DNA of 64,000 bases from an uncultured bacterium (GCA_963729625.1 CAVSOU010000010.1:1056001-1120000); one strand, 5' to 3'; numbered from the stretch's first letter, positions 38,433 through 49,861 are shown. Notes: generated from the sequence alone by a model not told the origin. Program-made: numbers and translations.

Positions 38433-39212
38433 ATGGCACAACAACGCCTGCCCAAACTAGCAGTGTGGAAGTTCGCATCGTGCGACGGGTGCCAGCTCAG
38501 CCTTCTCGACTGCGAGGACGCGCTGCTCGCGGTGGCCGGACAGGTCCACATCGCCAACTTCCCCGAGGCGTCGCGCGCGGTCGCGCGCGGCCCATACGAT
38601 TTGTCCCTCGTGGAAGGGTCGGTGACGACGCCGCACGACGTGGTGCGTGTCAAGGAGGTTCGCCAGTCTTCGCGCTTCCTGGTGGCGATTGGTGCGTGCG
38701 CAAATTCCGGAGGTATCCAGGCGCTGCGCAACTTCAAGAACGTAAAGGAGTTCATCTCTACCGTCTACGCCAATCCCGAGTACATAGACACGTTAAGCAC
38801 GTCCACGGCGATCGCCGACCACGTTCCCGTCGACTTCGAGCTGCGAGGTTGTCCGATTAACAAACTCCAGCTCATCGAAGTGATTAACGCCTTCTTGAAC
38901 GGCCGCAGGCCAATCATCCCTGCGTACAGTGTCTGCGTCGAATGCAAGCTGCGTGGCACCCCGTGCGTGATGGTCTCGCAAGGTACGCCGTGTCTGGGGC
39001 CTGTCACGCAGGCCGGTTGCGGCAGTTTGTGCCCGTCATACAATCGCGGGTGTTTTGGCTGCTATGGGCCACAGGAGACGGCAAACACGACATCTCTGGC
39101 TCACTGCTGGGGCCAGCTGGGCGTAAGTGACAGCGGTATCATGCGCGTATTCCGCACGTTCAACGCCAATGCCGCGCCGTTCAGAGAAGAGAGTAGGGCG
39201 CATGAGCACTAG
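38433..39212 (+). CDS. hydD: group 3b hydrogenase small (delta) subunit
   Basis: [22 protein letters not shown] and [16 protein letters not shown] motifs. Confidence 0.9.
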   Translation: MAQQRLPKLAVWKFASCDGCQLSLLDCEDALLAVAGQVHIANFPEASRAVARGPYDLSLVEGSVTTPHDVVRVKEVRQSSRFLVAIGACANSGGIQALRNFKNVKEFISTVYANPEYIDTLSTSTAIADHVPVDFELRGCPINKLQLIEVINAFLNGRRPIIPAYSVCVECKLRGTPCVMVSQGTPCLGPVTQAGCGSLCPSYNRGCFGCYGPQETANTTSLAHCWGQLGVSDSGIMRVFRTFNANAAPFREESRAHEH

Positions 39213-40491
39213 AACCATTCTGGTCGATCAACTGGCGAGGGTGGAGGGTGAGGGCGCTCTCACAATCCAGATCAAGGGCAACGTACTGCAGGACGTGAAG
39301 CTCCGCTTTTTCGAGCCGCCGCGTTTCTTCGAGGCGATGCTGCGTGGACGGTACTTTACCGAGGCGCCCGACATCACCGCACGCATCTGCGGGATCTGCC
39401 CGGTTGCGTATCAGATGTGCGCCGTGCAGGCCATGGAGGCTGCCTGCGGCGTCGAGGTGACTGGACCGTTGCGCGCGCTGAGGAGATTGCTCTACTGTGG
39501 CGAGTGGATCGAGAGCCACGCCCTGCATGTCTACCTCTTGCACGCGCCCGACTTTCTTGGCTATCAGGATGCCATCTCCATGGCCAAGGACCACGGCGAT
39601 GCGGTCAAGCGCGGCCTCCAGCTCAAGAAGGCCGGAAATGAAATTGTCAACGTCGTCGGTGGGCGCGAGATCCATCCAATCAACGTGCGCGTTGGTGGCT
39701 TCTACAAGGTGCCAACGCGAAAGGACCTGGCGCCCGTGCTCGAGCACCTCAAGTGGGCTCTCGATGCCGCGTTGGAAACTGTGAAATTGACCGCGGGCCT
39801 CACGTTCCCGGACCTGGAGTTCGATTACGAATTCGTGGGCCTCAGTCACCCGAATGAGTACGCGATCACCGACGGCCGCCTGGTGTCAAATCGCGGACTC
39901 GACATAGGCGTGCACGACTACGAGCTCCACTTCATCGAGGAACATGTCCGTCACTCAACTGCCATGCACTCGCGCATCCGCGAGCGCGGAGCGTATCATG
40001 TTGGCCCGCTCGCTCGCTACAATCTCAACTTCGATCGACTTTCCCCTCTGGCGCAGGACGCTGCGAAGAGCGCGGGGCTTGGACCCAAGTGCATCAATCC
40101 ATTCCAGAGCATCGTGGTCCGGGCTGTCGAGCTCGTGTATGCGTGCGAGGAAGCGATTCGGCTCATTGAGGACTACGACATGCCGGAGGCGCCGGCGATC
40201 AAGGTCGAGCCGCGCGCGGGCACTGGTTGTGCATGCACGGAGGCGCCGCGAGGCACGCTTTACCACCGGTACACCATCGACGAGCAGGGGATCATCCTGG
40301 ACGCCACGATCGTGCCGCCAACAGCCCAGAACCAGAAGACGATCGAGGGCGACCTGAGCCGCTTCCTCGCCACCCGCTTGGGCATGCCCGAGGATCAGCT
40401 TGTCTGGCAGTGTGAGCAGGCCGTACGCAACTACGATCCCTGCATCTCGTGTTCAACGCACTTCCTGCGACTCGAGATCGAGCGCGTGTGA
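39202..40491 (+). CDS. hydA: group 3b [NiFe]-hydrogenase large (alpha) subunit
   Basis: ARVEGEG, L1 RICGICP, EAPRG and L2 DPCISCSTH followed by a 9-aa C-terminal extension. Confidence 0.93.
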   Translation: MSTRTILVDQLARVEGEGALTIQIKGNVLQDVKLRFFEPPRFFEAMLRGRYFTEAPDITARICGICPVAYQMCAVQAMEAACGVEVTGPLRALRRLLYCGEWIESHALHVYLLHAPDFLGYQDAISMAKDHGDAVKRGLQLKKAGNEIVNVVGGREIHPINVRVGGFYKVPTRKDLAPVLEHLKWALDAALETVKLTAGLTFPDLEFDYEFVGLSHPNEYAITDGRLVSNRGLDIGVHDYELHFIEEHVRHSTAMHSRIRERGAYHVGPLARYNLNFDRLSPLAQDAAKSAGLGPKCINPFQSIVVRAVELVYACEEAIRLIEDYDMPEAPAIKVEPRAGTGCACTEAPRGTLYHRYTIDEQGIILDATIVPPTAQNQKTIEGDLSRFLATRLGMPEDQLVWQCEQAVRNYDPCISCSTHFLRLEIERV

Positions 40492-40985
40492 CGGAGACCG
40501 GAGCCCCGCTTGGGCCTGGTCTGGAGGGGGCGAGGCGGTTAGCCGCTCATCGCAAGACGGCTCGGCGTGTCTCGTCCTGCTCGTGACTGACTCGCAGTTG
40601 GGCTGAACGGCCCGCGCAGCGACCGCCGCCATCGATTGGAGCAACACGGCCTGCGGTGCACGCGCTGCGTGAGTGCGAACGATCTCACCTGCCTTACGGT
40701 AGCCTGCTTTCTGGGATCGCTGCGCACTCGGTCGCGAAGCACCCGGCCGCGGGTGTCGTGTCCGCTCCCGTCCGGCACACGGACAGGGCCCCGGCGCAGC
40801 CGTCTGCCCGGCAGCCCGCGCTCGCGGCGAACCGCGCCCGCGTGAGTCACGCGGACGCGAAGCCCACGCCACGAGATGCGCCCACGTCGTCGATCACCTT
40901 TCAAGTTAGCCCAGTGGGCGCCGGTCCGTGTGCGCCAACGAGCTCATCGCGCTACGGAGCACGGTGAGCGCGGAAGATGGCGTCG

Positions 40986-41447
40986 CTAGGAGTGCTTTCC
41001 GAAAACGTCCAGGAGCTGGAACTGCGTCGCACGCAGCTGTTCCGCCATAATGGAGGCGAACCGTTGGTGAAACGCGTAGCCAAGGTTGTGGTCCTCCTCG
41101 CATTTGGCCCGCAAGCACTCGCCGTCGAGCGCTAGAGCGCGGGTGAGCTCAACCGCGCGAGCGTCCAGATTCCAGCGATAGGGTGGCACCAGCCAGGACC
41201 ATCCGAAGACATCGCCCTCACCAAACGTCTGAACGACGATCGGTTCCTGCTCCCGCGCAAAGACCTCAAGGCGCACGCTGCCCGCGCGGATAAGGAAGAA
41301 TCGATTTGCGTGTTCGCCCTCTCGAAGTATGTAGTCGCCGGCGTTGAACCGCACATTTGACGCGCAGCCCGCGAGGAGCTGCAGGTAACGTTCTTCGAAG
41401 CCGGCGAAGAAGGGGTGCCGCTCGAGGATCGGTTCCAGGGATTGCAT
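40986..41447 (-). CDS. cyclic nucleotide-binding domain protein (Crp-like, no HTH)
   Basis: HPFFAG, ILREGEHANRFFLI..G and GDVFGWSWLVPPYRW motifs. Confidence 0.85.
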   Translation of the reverse strand: MQSLEPILERHPFFAGFEERYLQLLAGCASNVRFNAGDYILREGEHANRFFLIRAGSVRLEVFAREQEPIVVQTFGEGDVFGWSWLVPPYRWNLDARAVELTRALALDGECLRAKCEEDHNLGYAFHQRFASIMAEQLRATQFQLLDVFGKHS

Positions 41448-41605
41448 CAACTTCCTCCAATAGCAACGTGAAGCCGGGCTCCGCATGCCGCGATGCTTGT
41501 GTCGATGCCGACCACGCGGTTTCCGCCGAGACTTGAGTTCACACCGGCCATCCCGGACGCGCGGACGACGACACGCATAATGCAGTATAACCGGCCGGAC
41601 AGGGC

Positions 41606-43348
41606 TTACCTGCGCACGATGACCGGGAGGATAAGGCGCGACGGATGCAGCCGATCGTGCCAGACGCGGTTGATTGCTTGCTGCACGTCGCTCTGTCGAT
41701 CCTCGGCTATCGCCCCGCCGCTATTCGTGTTGCGGTCGAACCGAGGAAAATTGCTGCTGGAGACCTCCAGCCGGATGCGATGCCCCGCCGCGAATAGGTT
41801 GGCGGTGGCGCCCACATTGATCGGCATCTCGTATACGGTTCCCGGGTCCATGAGTATCGGAGTCTGGAAGGACTCGCGGTAGCGGGCGCGCAGGATTCCA
41901 TCGGTAAGGATGGTGGCCGTCCCATCGGGCGAAACGTCGACCAGCTTCGCCGTGAAGTCGGTGTCGCGCGCCGTAGATGAACAGAACACGTGCAGCGTGA
42001 CCGGACCGATGACCTCAAGGGCGTGAGTGAGTGGAGGGGATGTGTAGCAGAGCACATCGGCGCGGAGCTCGACCGCACGTTGGTCGCGCGGACCTGAATT
42101 GGCCCCGACCCACAGTCCGGGCAGCAGGGTAGCTCCCCCGCAAGTCGGCACCGGTCGAAGGGGATCATACAGGTACACGTCGGGGTCTTCATCTGCCGGC
42201 ACATCGGTAGTGAGAGCCCCATCTCCGGCCAGGGAATTGGCGTTCCCGCCGCTGTGGAGGTAGTACGAGCGATACGTCGTATCCGGGAGCGGCCAGTCGC
42301 GTTCCTCACGCCAGGTATTGGCGCCCATAACGAATATGCGGACCGGTGCTTCGTGGCTGATCCCGTCGTCTATATCCTTAAGGATGTAATCAAACCACCG
42401 CAACTGAGCGCCGACAAGATCGACATTGACTGCTCGCGTGCCGGCTCGTGGCCCGAAGCTTTGCCAGGGGAACGTGTCCCCATCGACACCATGGGCCCAC
42501 GGTCCCATGATCAGCCGTTGACGGTTGCGGGCGTGAGCGCTTCCGCCCCGCGCCTTCATGCCGATATAGTTGGCCAGGGTGCCGTTCGCAAAGATGTCGT
42601 ACCACCCACCCATGTTGAGCGCTGGAACGGCGATCTGCTCATAATGCCTGCTAGGAGAGATCCGCTGCCAGAAGGCATCGTCTTCGGGATGCTGCAGCCA
42701 GGCGGCATAGTATGGGCTGAGTGATGCCAGCAACGGCATACCGCTGAGGGGAAATTGCTTGTACAGCGAATCAATGGCCCCGGTAGCATCCAGGACGCGC
42801 TCGCGGTCGTCCGGCGTCGCAGTGCCGCGATCGATTCTCCTGAGAGTCTCAGTCAGCGCGAATCCGAGCACCCATTGGAGCGTGAAGCCAAGCTCGAAGG
42901 CCCCGCCCTGGTAGGTCCAGCCTTCATAGTAGTCCGACGCGGTGACCAACGGCGCCATTCCGCACAGGGCGTGGTGTGCGCGGGTGGCGGCCAGCCACTG
43001 CGTGGCGCCGACGTACGAGGCGCCGAAAGTACCGATTCTGCCGCTCGACCATGGCTGCGTTTCCGCCCAGTCCATTGCTGCCGATCCGTCCTCCGCCTCG
43101 CGCACAAAGGGTGTGAATTCTCCCTCGGAGGCAAAGCGGCCGCGTGTGTCCTGGACGACCACGCAGTACCCCGCGCGGGCCATCCGCACGATGTCAGGTA
43201 TCGTCGAGTAGTCTTTATCATATGGCGTGCGCTGCAGCAGCACGGGCAGCGCTGCTTCGGTGCTTGGACGATAGATATCGGTTGCGAGGGCTACGCCGTC
43301 CGCCATCGGCACCATAACATTCTTCTGGATGAGGATACTTTCGGGCAC
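41606..43348 (-). CDS. CocE/NonD family hydrolase
   Basis: RTPY, QDTRGRFASEG, GASYVG nucleophile, GGWYD, GPWAH and SSSNFPRFDRN motifs. Confidence 0.93.
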   Translation of the reverse strand: MPESILIQKNVMVPMADGVALATDIYRPSTEAALPVLLQRTPYDKDYSTIPDIVRMARAGYCVVVQDTRGRFASEGEFTPFVREAEDGSAAMDWAETQPWSSGRIGTFGASYVGATQWLAATRAHHALCGMAPLVTASDYYEGWTYQGGAFELGFTLQWVLGFALTETLRRIDRGTATPDDRERVLDATGAIDSLYKQFPLSGMPLLASLSPYYAAWLQHPEDDAFWQRISPSRHYEQIAVPALNMGGWYDIFANGTLANYIGMKARGGSAHARNRQRLIMGPWAHGVDGDTFPWQSFGPRAGTRAVNVDLVGAQLRWFDYILKDIDDGISHEAPVRIFVMGANTWREERDWPLPDTTYRSYYLHSGGNANSLAGDGALTTDVPADEDPDVYLYDPLRPVPTCGGATLLPGLWVGANSGPRDQRAVELRADVLCYTSPPLTHALEVIGPVTLHVFCSSTARDTDFTAKLVDVSPDGTATILTDGILRARYRESFQTPILMDPGTVYEMPINVGATANLFAAGHRIRLEVSSSNFPRFDRNTNSGGAIAEDRQSDVQQAINRVWHDRLHPSRLILPVIVRR

Positions 43349-43412
43349 CTGCCTTATCCCTCCCTTGACCGTGACCAGCCAGGCTCAGGCACATCACAAG
43401 CTGGATCTAGCA

Positions 43413-43426
43413 TACTGTTGACAGTA
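43413..43426. promoter_or_regulatory. palindromic operator TACTGT-TG-ACAGTA
   Basis: Near-perfect 14-bp palindrome upstream of the CocE gene; related copies at 47484, 52715 and 61646. Confidence 0.6.
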
Positions 43427-43662
43427 ATCATCAGTAAACACGCCCACATGGGCCGGGCGTGTTCTGAAAGAGTGACCGACGGCGCGCAGCCATCTTCCGG
43501 GTCGCGGACATCGTGTCCGCCCCGTTTTCGGGCGCGCGCGATGCGTGGGGCAGGGGTGCACCGCAGGCGCCGTGCGTACTTGGGAGGGCGCCTCGGCTGT
43601 CGAGATGGCACCGGAACCCTGCCTGCAAGGACCCGGTGCGGACGCCGGCGATGCTTCCTTGA

Positions 43663-44535
43663 TCAGCCCTTCACGGCGCCCGCTGTGAGGCCCGAGATCA
43701 TATAACGCTGGATCACGATATAGAAGACCACAGGCGGCAGCGAGAACACCAGGCCTGCGGCAAGCAGCAGTTGGATGGGCGTATCGTAGAGGCCCATCAT
43801 GGTCGTGAGACCGACCGATCCCGGCAGCAGACCGGAATCAGGTGTAACAAGCGTTGAGGCAAACAGGTACTCATTCCAGCTGAAGAAGAACCCAACCACG
43901 CATACGGCCACCAGGCCCGGAATCGACAGCGGTACGAGGATTCGCCCCAGCACGCCCATCTCACCACAGCCCTCAGTCAAAGCTGCTTCCATGACCTCGA
44001 TGGGCACCGAGTCAAACACATTCTTGAGGATCCAGATGCAGATCGGCAGGGCGAAAGCGGCCTGGACGAATGCCAGTGCCGGCAGGCTGTTGACCAGGTT
44101 CAGACTCCGGTAGAGTCTCAACACCGGGACGATGATGATGGCGCCCGGCATCATCTGGGTGAGCAGAATGAAGAAGCCAAAGGCCGGTTTGGCTCTCCAC
44201 CGCAGCTTCGAGAGCGCGTAAGCGCCGAGCAAGCTCAGGCTCAAGCAAACCGCGGTAACCATAAGCGCCAGCTGGGTGGAGTCCCACAACCACAGTCCCA
44301 TGTCATAGTTGAGAAACACGGTGTGGAACGGCGAAAGGTCCAGGCCCCGTATAAACAGGCTCGGAGTGTAGACGAGCGAGTATTTATACGGCTGTATCGT
44401 GCTCAGCACCATCCAGTAGATTGGAAACATGATCACCGCGCAGACAACCACCAAAACAGCGATCTGCACGGCTTTGCCGCCCTTGAACCGCAACCGCGGC
44501 GGCGTCAGCATCAAGTCGAATGGCTGGCTCGACAT
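43663..44535 (-). CDS. carbohydrate ABC transporter permease (MalG type)
   Basis: EAALTEG (EAA loop), FFFSWNEYLFA and GLTAGAVKG motifs. Confidence 0.92.
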   Translation of the reverse strand: MSSQPFDLMLTPPRLRFKGGKAVQIAVLVVVCAVIMFPIYWMVLSTIQPYKYSLVYTPSLFIRGLDLSPFHTVFLNYDMGLWLWDSTQLALMVTAVCLSLSLLGAYALSKLRWRAKPAFGFFILLTQMMPGAIIIVPVLRLYRSLNLVNSLPALAFVQAAFALPICIWILKNVFDSVPIEVMEAALTEGCGEMGVLGRILVPLSIPGLVAVCVVGFFFSWNEYLFASTLVTPDSGLLPGSVGLTTMMGLYDTPIQLLLAAGLVFSLPPVVFYIVIQRYMISGLTAGAVKG

Positions 44536-45500
44536 TATCGTTCCTCCGCCGCTCTTGCCTGCCGCTCCAGGAAAACGAACAGCAAGGCCGCGACAATCGC
44601 CTGTGCGAAACCAGCAACGCCAATCGTAGCTGCATAGGCAGTGTCGTAGAATTGAAAAGCCTCGTTGTAGATCAGTATGGCGAGGGTCTGCGTAGTTTCC
44701 AGAGGACCTGGGCCGGTTGTCTCCCAGATCAGCGTGTACTGTTGGTAGGAGAAAATAAAGGCCAGCAGCGCGAGCAGCATGAGGGTGGGTTTGATTGCCG
44801 GCAGGGTAACATACCGGAATCGTGTCGGCGCGTTGGCGCCGTCCACGATCGCCGCTTCGTACAGCTCATTGGGAACGCCCTGCAAGGCGGCCAGAATCAC
44901 AAGAGAGTAGAAGGGAAATCCCTTCCACACGGAGATCAGCACGACGGTTGCCAGGGCAAGCTTCGGGTCCAGCAGCCATCTCGGGTTATTGTGAACCCAC
45001 GGTAGCCAGCGCGCCATCTCGCCGAACACCCCGTATATAGGGCTCGCCATCCACACAAAGATGATCGCACTGGGTATGTCCGGGAAGGCCCAGGGCGTCG
45101 TCAAAATGGCCCGGAAGATGCCTCTGCCCCTGAAGGATCGATTCATCAGCAGCGCCGTGCCGAGCGCGACCGAGAGCGCGACCACGATCACTGCCGCCGA
45201 GTACTCGAGAGTGACCTTTACAGACTGCCAGAATACGCTGTCGGTCAACATTCGCTGGTAGTTGGCCAGGCCAACCCAGCTCGACGCCGAGGATCCCGCC
45301 TCGATATTGCTCAGGCTGTACTGAACCCCGACCGCCATTGGATAGAGGATAAAGATGCCTTCATAGATCAGGATGGGCAGGGCGAGTAAATAGGGAAGTC
45401 GATGGCGGGACAAACGGGCGAGGATATGCACCCACCCCGAGGGCATTTCAGGTCGCGGTCCAGGCTCTTGACGCGTTGCCACCTTCACCTGCCTTGACAT
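44535..45500 (-). CDS. carbohydrate ABC transporter permease (MalF type)
   Basis: VGLANY, ELYEAAIVDGA and TGPGP motifs. Confidence 0.92.
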   Translation of the reverse strand: MSRQVKVATRQEPGPRPEMPSGWVHILARLSRHRLPYLLALPILIYEGIFILYPMAVGVQYSLSNIEAGSSASSWVGLANYQRMLTDSVFWQSVKVTLEYSAAVIVVALSVALGTALLMNRSFRGRGIFRAILTTPWAFPDIPSAIIFVWMASPIYGVFGEMARWLPWVHNNPRWLLDPKLALATVVLISVWKGFPFYSLVILAALQGVPNELYEAAIVDGANAPTRFRYVTLPAIKPTLMLLALLAFIFSYQQYTLIWETTGPGPLETTQTLAILIYNEAFQFYDTAYAATIGVAGFAQAIVAALLFVFLERQARAAEER

Positions 45501-45704
45501 ATTTATCAAATACAATGAATCGCGACTGGCCAAGGGGACGAAGCCGCGTCACGCCTAGCTGCGCCGCTATACCACTCCAGGACCACAGCGGTGTGACCGA
45601 ACCCCCTACGTCCACGGCGGTCGGCAGGTCAGCAGCGAACAAGAGGGCCAATCGCTGGCGGTGGTACTACCCACGTAAACTCGACAGTGCCTAAAGCGCA
45701 CGGC

Positions 45705-45730
45705 TGCCGGACCGCGTGGGCGGTCCGGCA
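45705..45730 (-). terminator. GC-rich stem-loop between the SBP and permease genes
   Basis: TGCCGGACCGC-GTGG-GCGGTCCGGCA, an 11-bp perfect stem with no U-tract; likely an mRNA stabiliser or partial terminator. Confidence 0.55.
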
Positions 45731-45760
45731 CCCGAACGCTTCGACGTGGGTCAGCGAAGT

Positions 45761-47107
45761 CTATTTGAACCAGCGATTTGAAGCATCCTCGACCTGCTGC
45801 TGCGCGTTGTCCATAGCGGCCTTCACCGACAAGTTGCCGAACAGGGCCTGCTCGAAGTTCTGCGTGACGATATTGCCGAACTCCGTGTCGTGAGCAATGA
45901 AGTCACCCTCGCAGGTCGGGAAGGGCACGTGCACGATCTCCTGATAGCCGGTGGCCCAGGTCTGGTTCGCCAGCCATTGCTTAACACCCGGTACCGCCAG
46001 GATCTCCGGGTAGGATGGTATAACGTCCAGGCACAGCATCATGAGCTTGGCATTGTTCGCCGGTGTATACATGAACTCTGCGAATGCCTTCGCGCCATCC
46101 ATCTTCGACGTGCTGGCCACGATCGAAAGGGGGTGCAAGCGCGAGAGAGACTTCTTGGTCGGCCACGGCGGCGGCACACTGCGGATGTAGGGGAAGAGCT
46201 TCGGCGCCGTCACCTTGTACTGATTCACAGCCGCCGAAACATTGAGCGTCTCGGCGATCTGGCCATTGTCGAAGAGTTTTGTCGCCACAGCATCGGTGGC
46301 GCCGACGGCCATGGTGTTCTGGTATTGCTCAAGCCAGACCTCGAGCGCGGCAACAATCTTGGCACTGTTGACCTGCGCCGTTTTGCCAACGGCCCACAGC
46401 GTGTCGTACATCAGGCAGTAATTCTGCAGCTGGAACCACCAGCCAAAGACCTCAGAGGGCGAGTTGGGCTGCCAGATGCCGAACTGATTGGGCTTATGTG
46501 TCAGGGCGTGCAGCTGGGTCTTCCACTCCGTTGGAGTCGTGGCCAGCTTCGTGATTCCGGCCTTGTCGGTCAACTGCTTGTTGTAGACGACCGCGAACGG
46601 CACCTCGACCGTGTTGATGCCGTACAGGTGGCCACCCTTGCGCAGGAAATCATGCGCCGGGGATGGGTGAATGCCGAGTTTGGCGACGATGTCGTCGATG
46701 GGCGAGAGAACGCCCGCCTGCACCAGGCGATAGGCGAGATCGGGGATCAGTGTCATTACGTCGGCGCTGATACCGCCCGATTGCTGCTGAACCAGAACGT
46801 GCGAGGTATATTGCTCGCCAGGCCAGCCGGTCCACTTGATACGGTAGTCATTTTGGGAGGCGTGGAAGTCCTTGATCAACTGGAACCAGGCAGCGTTCCT
46901 CCCAGGTTCGAACTGAAACCACGACATCAGGGTGATGGTCTGTGGGGCGCGAGTTACGATTGCTGGTGCGGCGGCCTCGGCTGTACTCGTCTTGCCGAGC
47001 GTGGCAGCGGCAGCTAGCCCGGCGGCGCCTACAGCACCCGCCTTGAGCGCATCGCGGCGCGAAATCTTCGCGGAACCGGACTCGGCGTCTTTTACTTCGG
47101 ATGCCAC
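45761..47107 (-). CDS. carbohydrate ABC substrate-binding protein, Tat-exported
   Basis: GTG 47107 after GAGGAG; SRRDALK twin-arginine signal; family-1 SBP features. Confidence 0.87.
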   Translation of the reverse strand: MASEVKDAESGSAKISRRDALKAGAVGAAGLAAAATLGKTSTAEAAAPAIVTRAPQTITLMSWFQFEPGRNAAWFQLIKDFHASQNDYRIKWTGWPGEQYTSHVLVQQQSGGISADVMTLIPDLAYRLVQAGVLSPIDDIVAKLGIHPSPAHDFLRKGGHLYGINTVEVPFAVVYNKQLTDKAGITKLATTPTEWKTQLHALTHKPNQFGIWQPNSPSEVFGWWFQLQNYCLMYDTLWAVGKTAQVNSAKIVAALEVWLEQYQNTMAVGATDAVATKLFDNGQIAETLNVSAAVNQYKVTAPKLFPYIRSVPPPWPTKKSLSRLHPLSIVASTSKMDGAKAFAEFMYTPANNAKLMMLCLDVIPSYPEILAVPGVKQWLANQTWATGYQEIVHVPFPTCEGDFIAHDTEFGNIVTQNFEQALFGNLSVKAAMDNAQQQVEDASNRWFK

Positions 47108-47483
47108 GAACGTACTCCTCTTTGCACGAAGACCTGAATGCAAATACCTGGGATCGACCAACCGATCGTCCTTTGCTCTCTGTACGCTCCACCTCCCAAC
47201 GTGAACCGGCTGCGCTGGCGGAACACTCGGAGCGCCCGCGTCCACTCCAACAACGCGGGTCTCTCATAGCGCTGAGGTTCGTGGCGATGGAAAGACACGC
47301 CTTATGTTGTGGGCAATACCCGCATCAGACACTTTCCCCGCGAATTCCTCCCCTGATCCCGTAATACCACCGGCATAGTTAAGGTGCAAACACCAGAGTT
47401 TGGTTCCGAAAAGCCACCGACAGTGCCGGTATGCCTCGCTCCCATGGTTATAAGAAGCTATTTACTGTTAGAACATGTCGTAT

Positions 47484-47495
47484 ACTGTTAACAGT
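47484..47495. promoter_or_regulatory. palindromic operator ACTGTTAACAGT
   Basis: Perfect 12-bp palindrome in the AT-rich divergent promoter region. Confidence 0.6.
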
Positions 47496-47603
47496 TATGA
47501 TGCGCTTTGCGAACGCTATCTACGACTGATCTGGCGCACGTTTCTATCGAGCGGAGCGCTATGATCCCATTGGACAGACGTGACAACCTAAGGAGGACGC
47601 TCG

Positions 47604-48599
47604 GTGGCGGTCGGGGAGCCTGATGCATGGCAGTTGCTATACACCGATGCCCGCGAATTTCCCCTGCCCGATCGCTATGTGGAGCAGGCGAACCGGGCCG
47701 GGATCCGCATCGCGATGGTCGGTGGGCACGACCCCGAGGAGATCGCCTCCTACGGCGAGCGCTGCCACGGTTTGTTCCTGTTTCGCGCGCGCGTTGACGA
47801 CGCATTGCTCTCGGCGCTGCCACGCTGTCGTATCCTGGCGCGCATTGGCGTGGGCTACGATCTGATCGACGTCGAGGCCGCGCGCCGCAGGCAAGTGCTG
47901 GTGACCTACGTGCCCGATTTCTGCACCGAGGAGCTGGCCGAGCACACGATGGCCTTCATCCTGGGATTCGCCCGCCGGTTCCCCCAGATCCTGTACTACG
48001 CGCGCGATCACCGGTGGCTGGGCGCCCACGAAGTACCGCCGATGCACAGGCTCGTTGGGCGGAGCCTTGGTATCCTGGGCTTCGGCCGCTCCGGACAGCG
48101 TACGGCCGAGCTTGCAGGCGCATTCGGCATAGAGGTGCGCGTCTGGACACGGACGCCGAGACCAGAGGCGGTGGCGCGGGTGGGCGCGCGAGCCGCATCC
48201 TTCGAGGAAGCCGTCGGTTGCGACTTCGTGTCACTCCATCTGCCGCTGACCGAGGCCACGCGCGGCCTGATCGATCGCGCGGCCCTGGCACTGTTCAAGC
48301 CCCACGCCGTGCTCATCAATATCGCGCGAGGCGCCATCGTGGACACCGACGCGCTTGTGGACGCCCTGCGCGAGGGGCGCCTGGCAGGCGCCGGGCTTGA
48401 CGTGGTAAGCCCCTCGCCGTTGCCCCCCGAGCACCCGCTTTGGTCATTTCCCACGGTGTGGGTCACCTCGCACTCGGGCGCATTTTCCCTCGAAGGCAAG
48501 GATGAAGCCCTCTCGACTGCTTTCGAGGACGTCCTGCGCGTGCATGGCGGTCGCCCTCCGCTGCACCTGGTACCAGAGATGCGGGATGCCGGATTCTAG
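47604..48599 (+). CDS. D-2-hydroxyacid dehydrogenase (CtBP-like)
   Basis: GVGYDLID, GILGFGRSG, SLHLPLT, INIARG and TSHSG motifs. Confidence 0.9.
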   Translation: MAVGEPDAWQLLYTDAREFPLPDRYVEQANRAGIRIAMVGGHDPEEIASYGERCHGLFLFRARVDDALLSALPRCRILARIGVGYDLIDVEAARRRQVLVTYVPDFCTEELAEHTMAFILGFARRFPQILYYARDHRWLGAHEVPPMHRLVGRSLGILGFGRSGQRTAELAGAFGIEVRVWTRTPRPEAVARVGARAASFEEAVGCDFVSLHLPLTEATRGLIDRAALALFKPHAVLINIARGAIVDTDALVDALREGRLAGAGLDVVSPSPLPPEHPLWSFPTVWVTSHSGAFSLEGKDEALSTAFEDVLRVHGGRPPLHLVPEMRDAGF

Positions 48600-48619
48600 A
48601 CGAGCGGAAGGGTCGGGAT

Positions 48620-49861
48620 ATGGCGGGAATGCCGATCGAACTCGAGGGAACCGTGTCAGATGTGTACCAGACGTACTGCGAAGGGCGACTTGACGATCCG
48701 TACGCCCTGTTCACGTGGTTGCTGGAGACTCACCCCGTTCACTGGAGTGAGCCTCTTGATAGCTGGTTCGTTGTTCGGCACGCCGATGTGGTGAGCGCAC
48801 TGCAGGACCCTCGGCTCTCATCGGAAAGGGCCGACGTGAACATGCGGAAGCTGCCGCCGGATATGCAGACCAGGCTGCACGCGCTCGGCGAGCACGTAGC
48901 CAACTGGCTCGGTTTCATGGATCCGCCGCGCCATACGGAGATTCGCCGTTTGCTGGCTCGAGTCATCACCCCGAAATTGGCGCAGTCCCTGGAAGGTAGG
49001 GTGCGACTGCTTGCGAACGGATTGGTGGACGAGTTGCCGACCCCTCGGGCCGACCTCGTGGCAGGCCTGGCACACCCGCTGCCGCTGACCGTGATTTGCG
49101 ACATTCTGGGCATCCCGGTGGAGGATCGCGACCGGTTCAGGCAAGCGGTGATCAACATCTCGGACTACGTAGCCGAGGCCGGTCCAAGTGCCGTGGCCGC
49201 TGCCGAGCGCGCACACGATGGCGTTCTTGAGCTCACGACATACTTCGGAGCGCTCGTTGAACGCCGCCAGCGCGAGCCCAAGGACGACGTGGTCAGCCAG
49301 CTCGCAACCACCATGCGCGAAGCGGTTGGCATGACTCTGGAAGAAATCCTCGGCATTTGCGTATTTCTGTTCTCCGCCGGCCACGACACGACGACCAGCC
49401 TGATCAGTTCTTCAGCCCTGTTGCTTCTCCAACATCCCGAAGAGCTTGCTCGGCTGCGGGCGGATCCGGCGCTCCTGCCGGCGGCAGTGGAGGAGTTCCT
49501 TCGCTTTGAAACGCCGATTCCCCTTATCTCGCGCGTCGCGCGCGAGAACATGGAGCTTGGCGGACAGCGAATTCGGGCCCGCGACACGGTCGTCCTGTGC
49601 GCGGCGGCGGCAAATCGCGATCCTGCTGTTTTCGCTGACCCAGATCGAATGCACGTTGATCGGGCGCCCGGCAAGCACGTAGCGTTTGGATGGGGCGCGC
49701 ATTTCTGCCTTGGGGCGCCGCTTGCACGCGCGGAGGCACGCTATGCCCTTGCGGCGCTGCTCGACCGACTTTCAGCCAGCCGCCTGGAGAATCCGGTGCC
49801 CGCCTGGCATAACCGAAGCGGCCTTCGGGCGCTCCGCGATCTGTGGACCGTCTGTGCGTGA
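48620..49861 (+). CDS. cytochrome P450
   Basis: AGHDTT (I helix), EEFLR (ExxR) and FGWGAHFCLG heme motif. Confidence 0.95.
   Translation: MAGMPIELEGTVSDVYQTYCEGRLDDPYALFTWLLETHPVHWSEPLDSWFVVRHADVVSALQDPRLSSERADVNMRKLPPDMQTRLHALGEHVANWLGFMDPPRHTEIRRLLARVITPKLAQSLEGRVRLLANGLVDELPTPRADLVAGLAHPLPLTVICDILGIPVEDRDRFRQAVINISDYVAEAGPSAVAAAERAHDGVLELTTYFGALVERRQREPKDDVVSQLATTMREAVGMTLEEILGICVFLFSAGHDTTTSLISSSALLLLQHPEELARLRADPALLPAAVEEFLRFETPIPLISRVARENMELGGQRIRARDTVVLCAAAANRDPAVFADPDRMHVDRAPGKHVAFGWGAHFCLGAPLARAEARYALAALLDRLSASRLENPVPAWHNRSGLRALRDLWTVCA

Noticed and set aside
40492-40985. Hydrogenase maturation protease or another gene in the gap after the large subunit
   Set aside because: The ORFs are Arg/Pro-rich with no protease motif and look non-coding.
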